This document shows positions 63,061-64,000 of a stretch of 64,000 nucleotides of DNA, one piece after another. A program made the position numbers and the translations under genes. The notes under the pieces were generated by a model, which saw nothing but the letters and a program-made list of their open reading frames with translations, was not told where the DNA came from and ran no database searches. Source of the stretch: Chiloscyllium plagiosum (Eukaryota); contig NC_057728.1 in NCBI RefSeq assembly GCF_004010195.1, positions 52,685,745 through 52,749,744 on the forward strand, written 5' to 3'. Positions within the stretch are counted from its first letter, which is position 1. Every line of letters begins with the position of its first letter.

Positions 63061-64000
63061 TGTGAGAACTTCATAATATAGTTATCAATTTATGCATCAC
63101 ATAAAGATATAGTTGGGAGCAAGCCATTTGTCTCCACCAGTCAGTAAGATCTTTAACCTCAGCTTCATGGCCCCCCACGATCCCTGTATCCCCAATTCCC
63201 TTCGGACCTATTGATCTCTGACTTGAAAATAATCGATGACTGAGCCTTCACAGAGAACAGAGAATTCAAAAAATTCACCCAGCCTCCAAGTGAATAAATT
63301 CCTCCTCTTAGTCCTAATTGGCAAAGCCTTTATTTATAGACTGCCCCCACATTCTAGGTCTTCCAACCAGGAGAAACATTTGTTCCATAAGCCCTCCAAC
63401 AAGCCGCAGAAGAATTTTATATCTTCCATGTAGATCAGTTCTTATTTTTCTAAATATCAGGGAATATGGAGCCAGTCAACTCAATTTTACCTCATAGAAC
63501 ATTCTCTCCATTCTAGGAAATGAAACAGATATGTCTTTCCTTCAGTTATGAAAACAAAACTGCAAACACAGTATTCCAGGTCATTGCCTCACCAAAGCAC
63601 TGAATCATTATAGTAAAACTTCTCTAGTCTAATACACCAACCACTTTATGATTAAAAAGTCACTATATCCATCTGCTGGATCTGCATGCTAACATCATTT
63701 CATTCATGCATAAGGATGTCCTTGAATGGAAACACTCTCAGTTTCTCACCATTCAAAAAATATTCTACATTTTGCCTTCCCCCAAATTGATATTTTTAAA
63801 CACAAAATTTTCCTTTACTCACTTGGGGATAGGAGATTCACCGGCTGGCCAGGATATATTGCTCATCCCTAGTTGCCCTTGAGATGATGCTGAACTGCTT
63901 TCTTGAATTGCTACAGTCTTTGCGCTCTAGGTAAACCCATAATACCATTAGGGAGAGAATTTTAGGACTTTGACCCAGTGACAGTGAAGGAATGGCAATA

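Noticed and set aside
1..64000. CRISPR arrays, rRNA/tRNA genes, prokaryotic systems
   Set aside because: None seen; tRNA-like A/B boxes belong to SINE heads, and the repeats are dispersed retroelements.

Overview
Eukaryotic, transposon-dense genomic DNA from a cartilaginous fish. The shark assignment is inferred from HE1/V-SINEs, CR1/HER1-like LINEs and the Penelope families; two N-gaps suggest a draft assembly. The only recognisable host gene is KIT ligand / stem cell factor (kitlg) on the minus strand. Coding exons 2-5 lie at 31044-30931, 20919-20857, 9068-8910 and 8599-8437, with canonical GT-AG sites and the same phases as mammalian KITLG (exons 2 and 3 also have the same sizes). Exon 1 and the stalk, transmembrane and cytoplasmic exons could not be identified with confidence and may lie outside the window. 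The introns hold decayed CR1 LINEs (two retain ORF1 SGNH-esterase), one old full-structure Gypsy LTR element with nested insertions, a Rex/Babar 3' end, HE1 SINEs, two Tc1/mariner-type MITEs and many Penelope-like element (PLE) pieces. The most notable non-genic signal is that termini of at least three PLE families carry minimal type-I hammerhead ribozyme cores (CUGANGA-stem II-GAAA-palindromic stem III-UH). Many sit in short fold-back insertions with target-site duplications, and some intact cores are in the sense orientation of the kitlg pre-mRNA.
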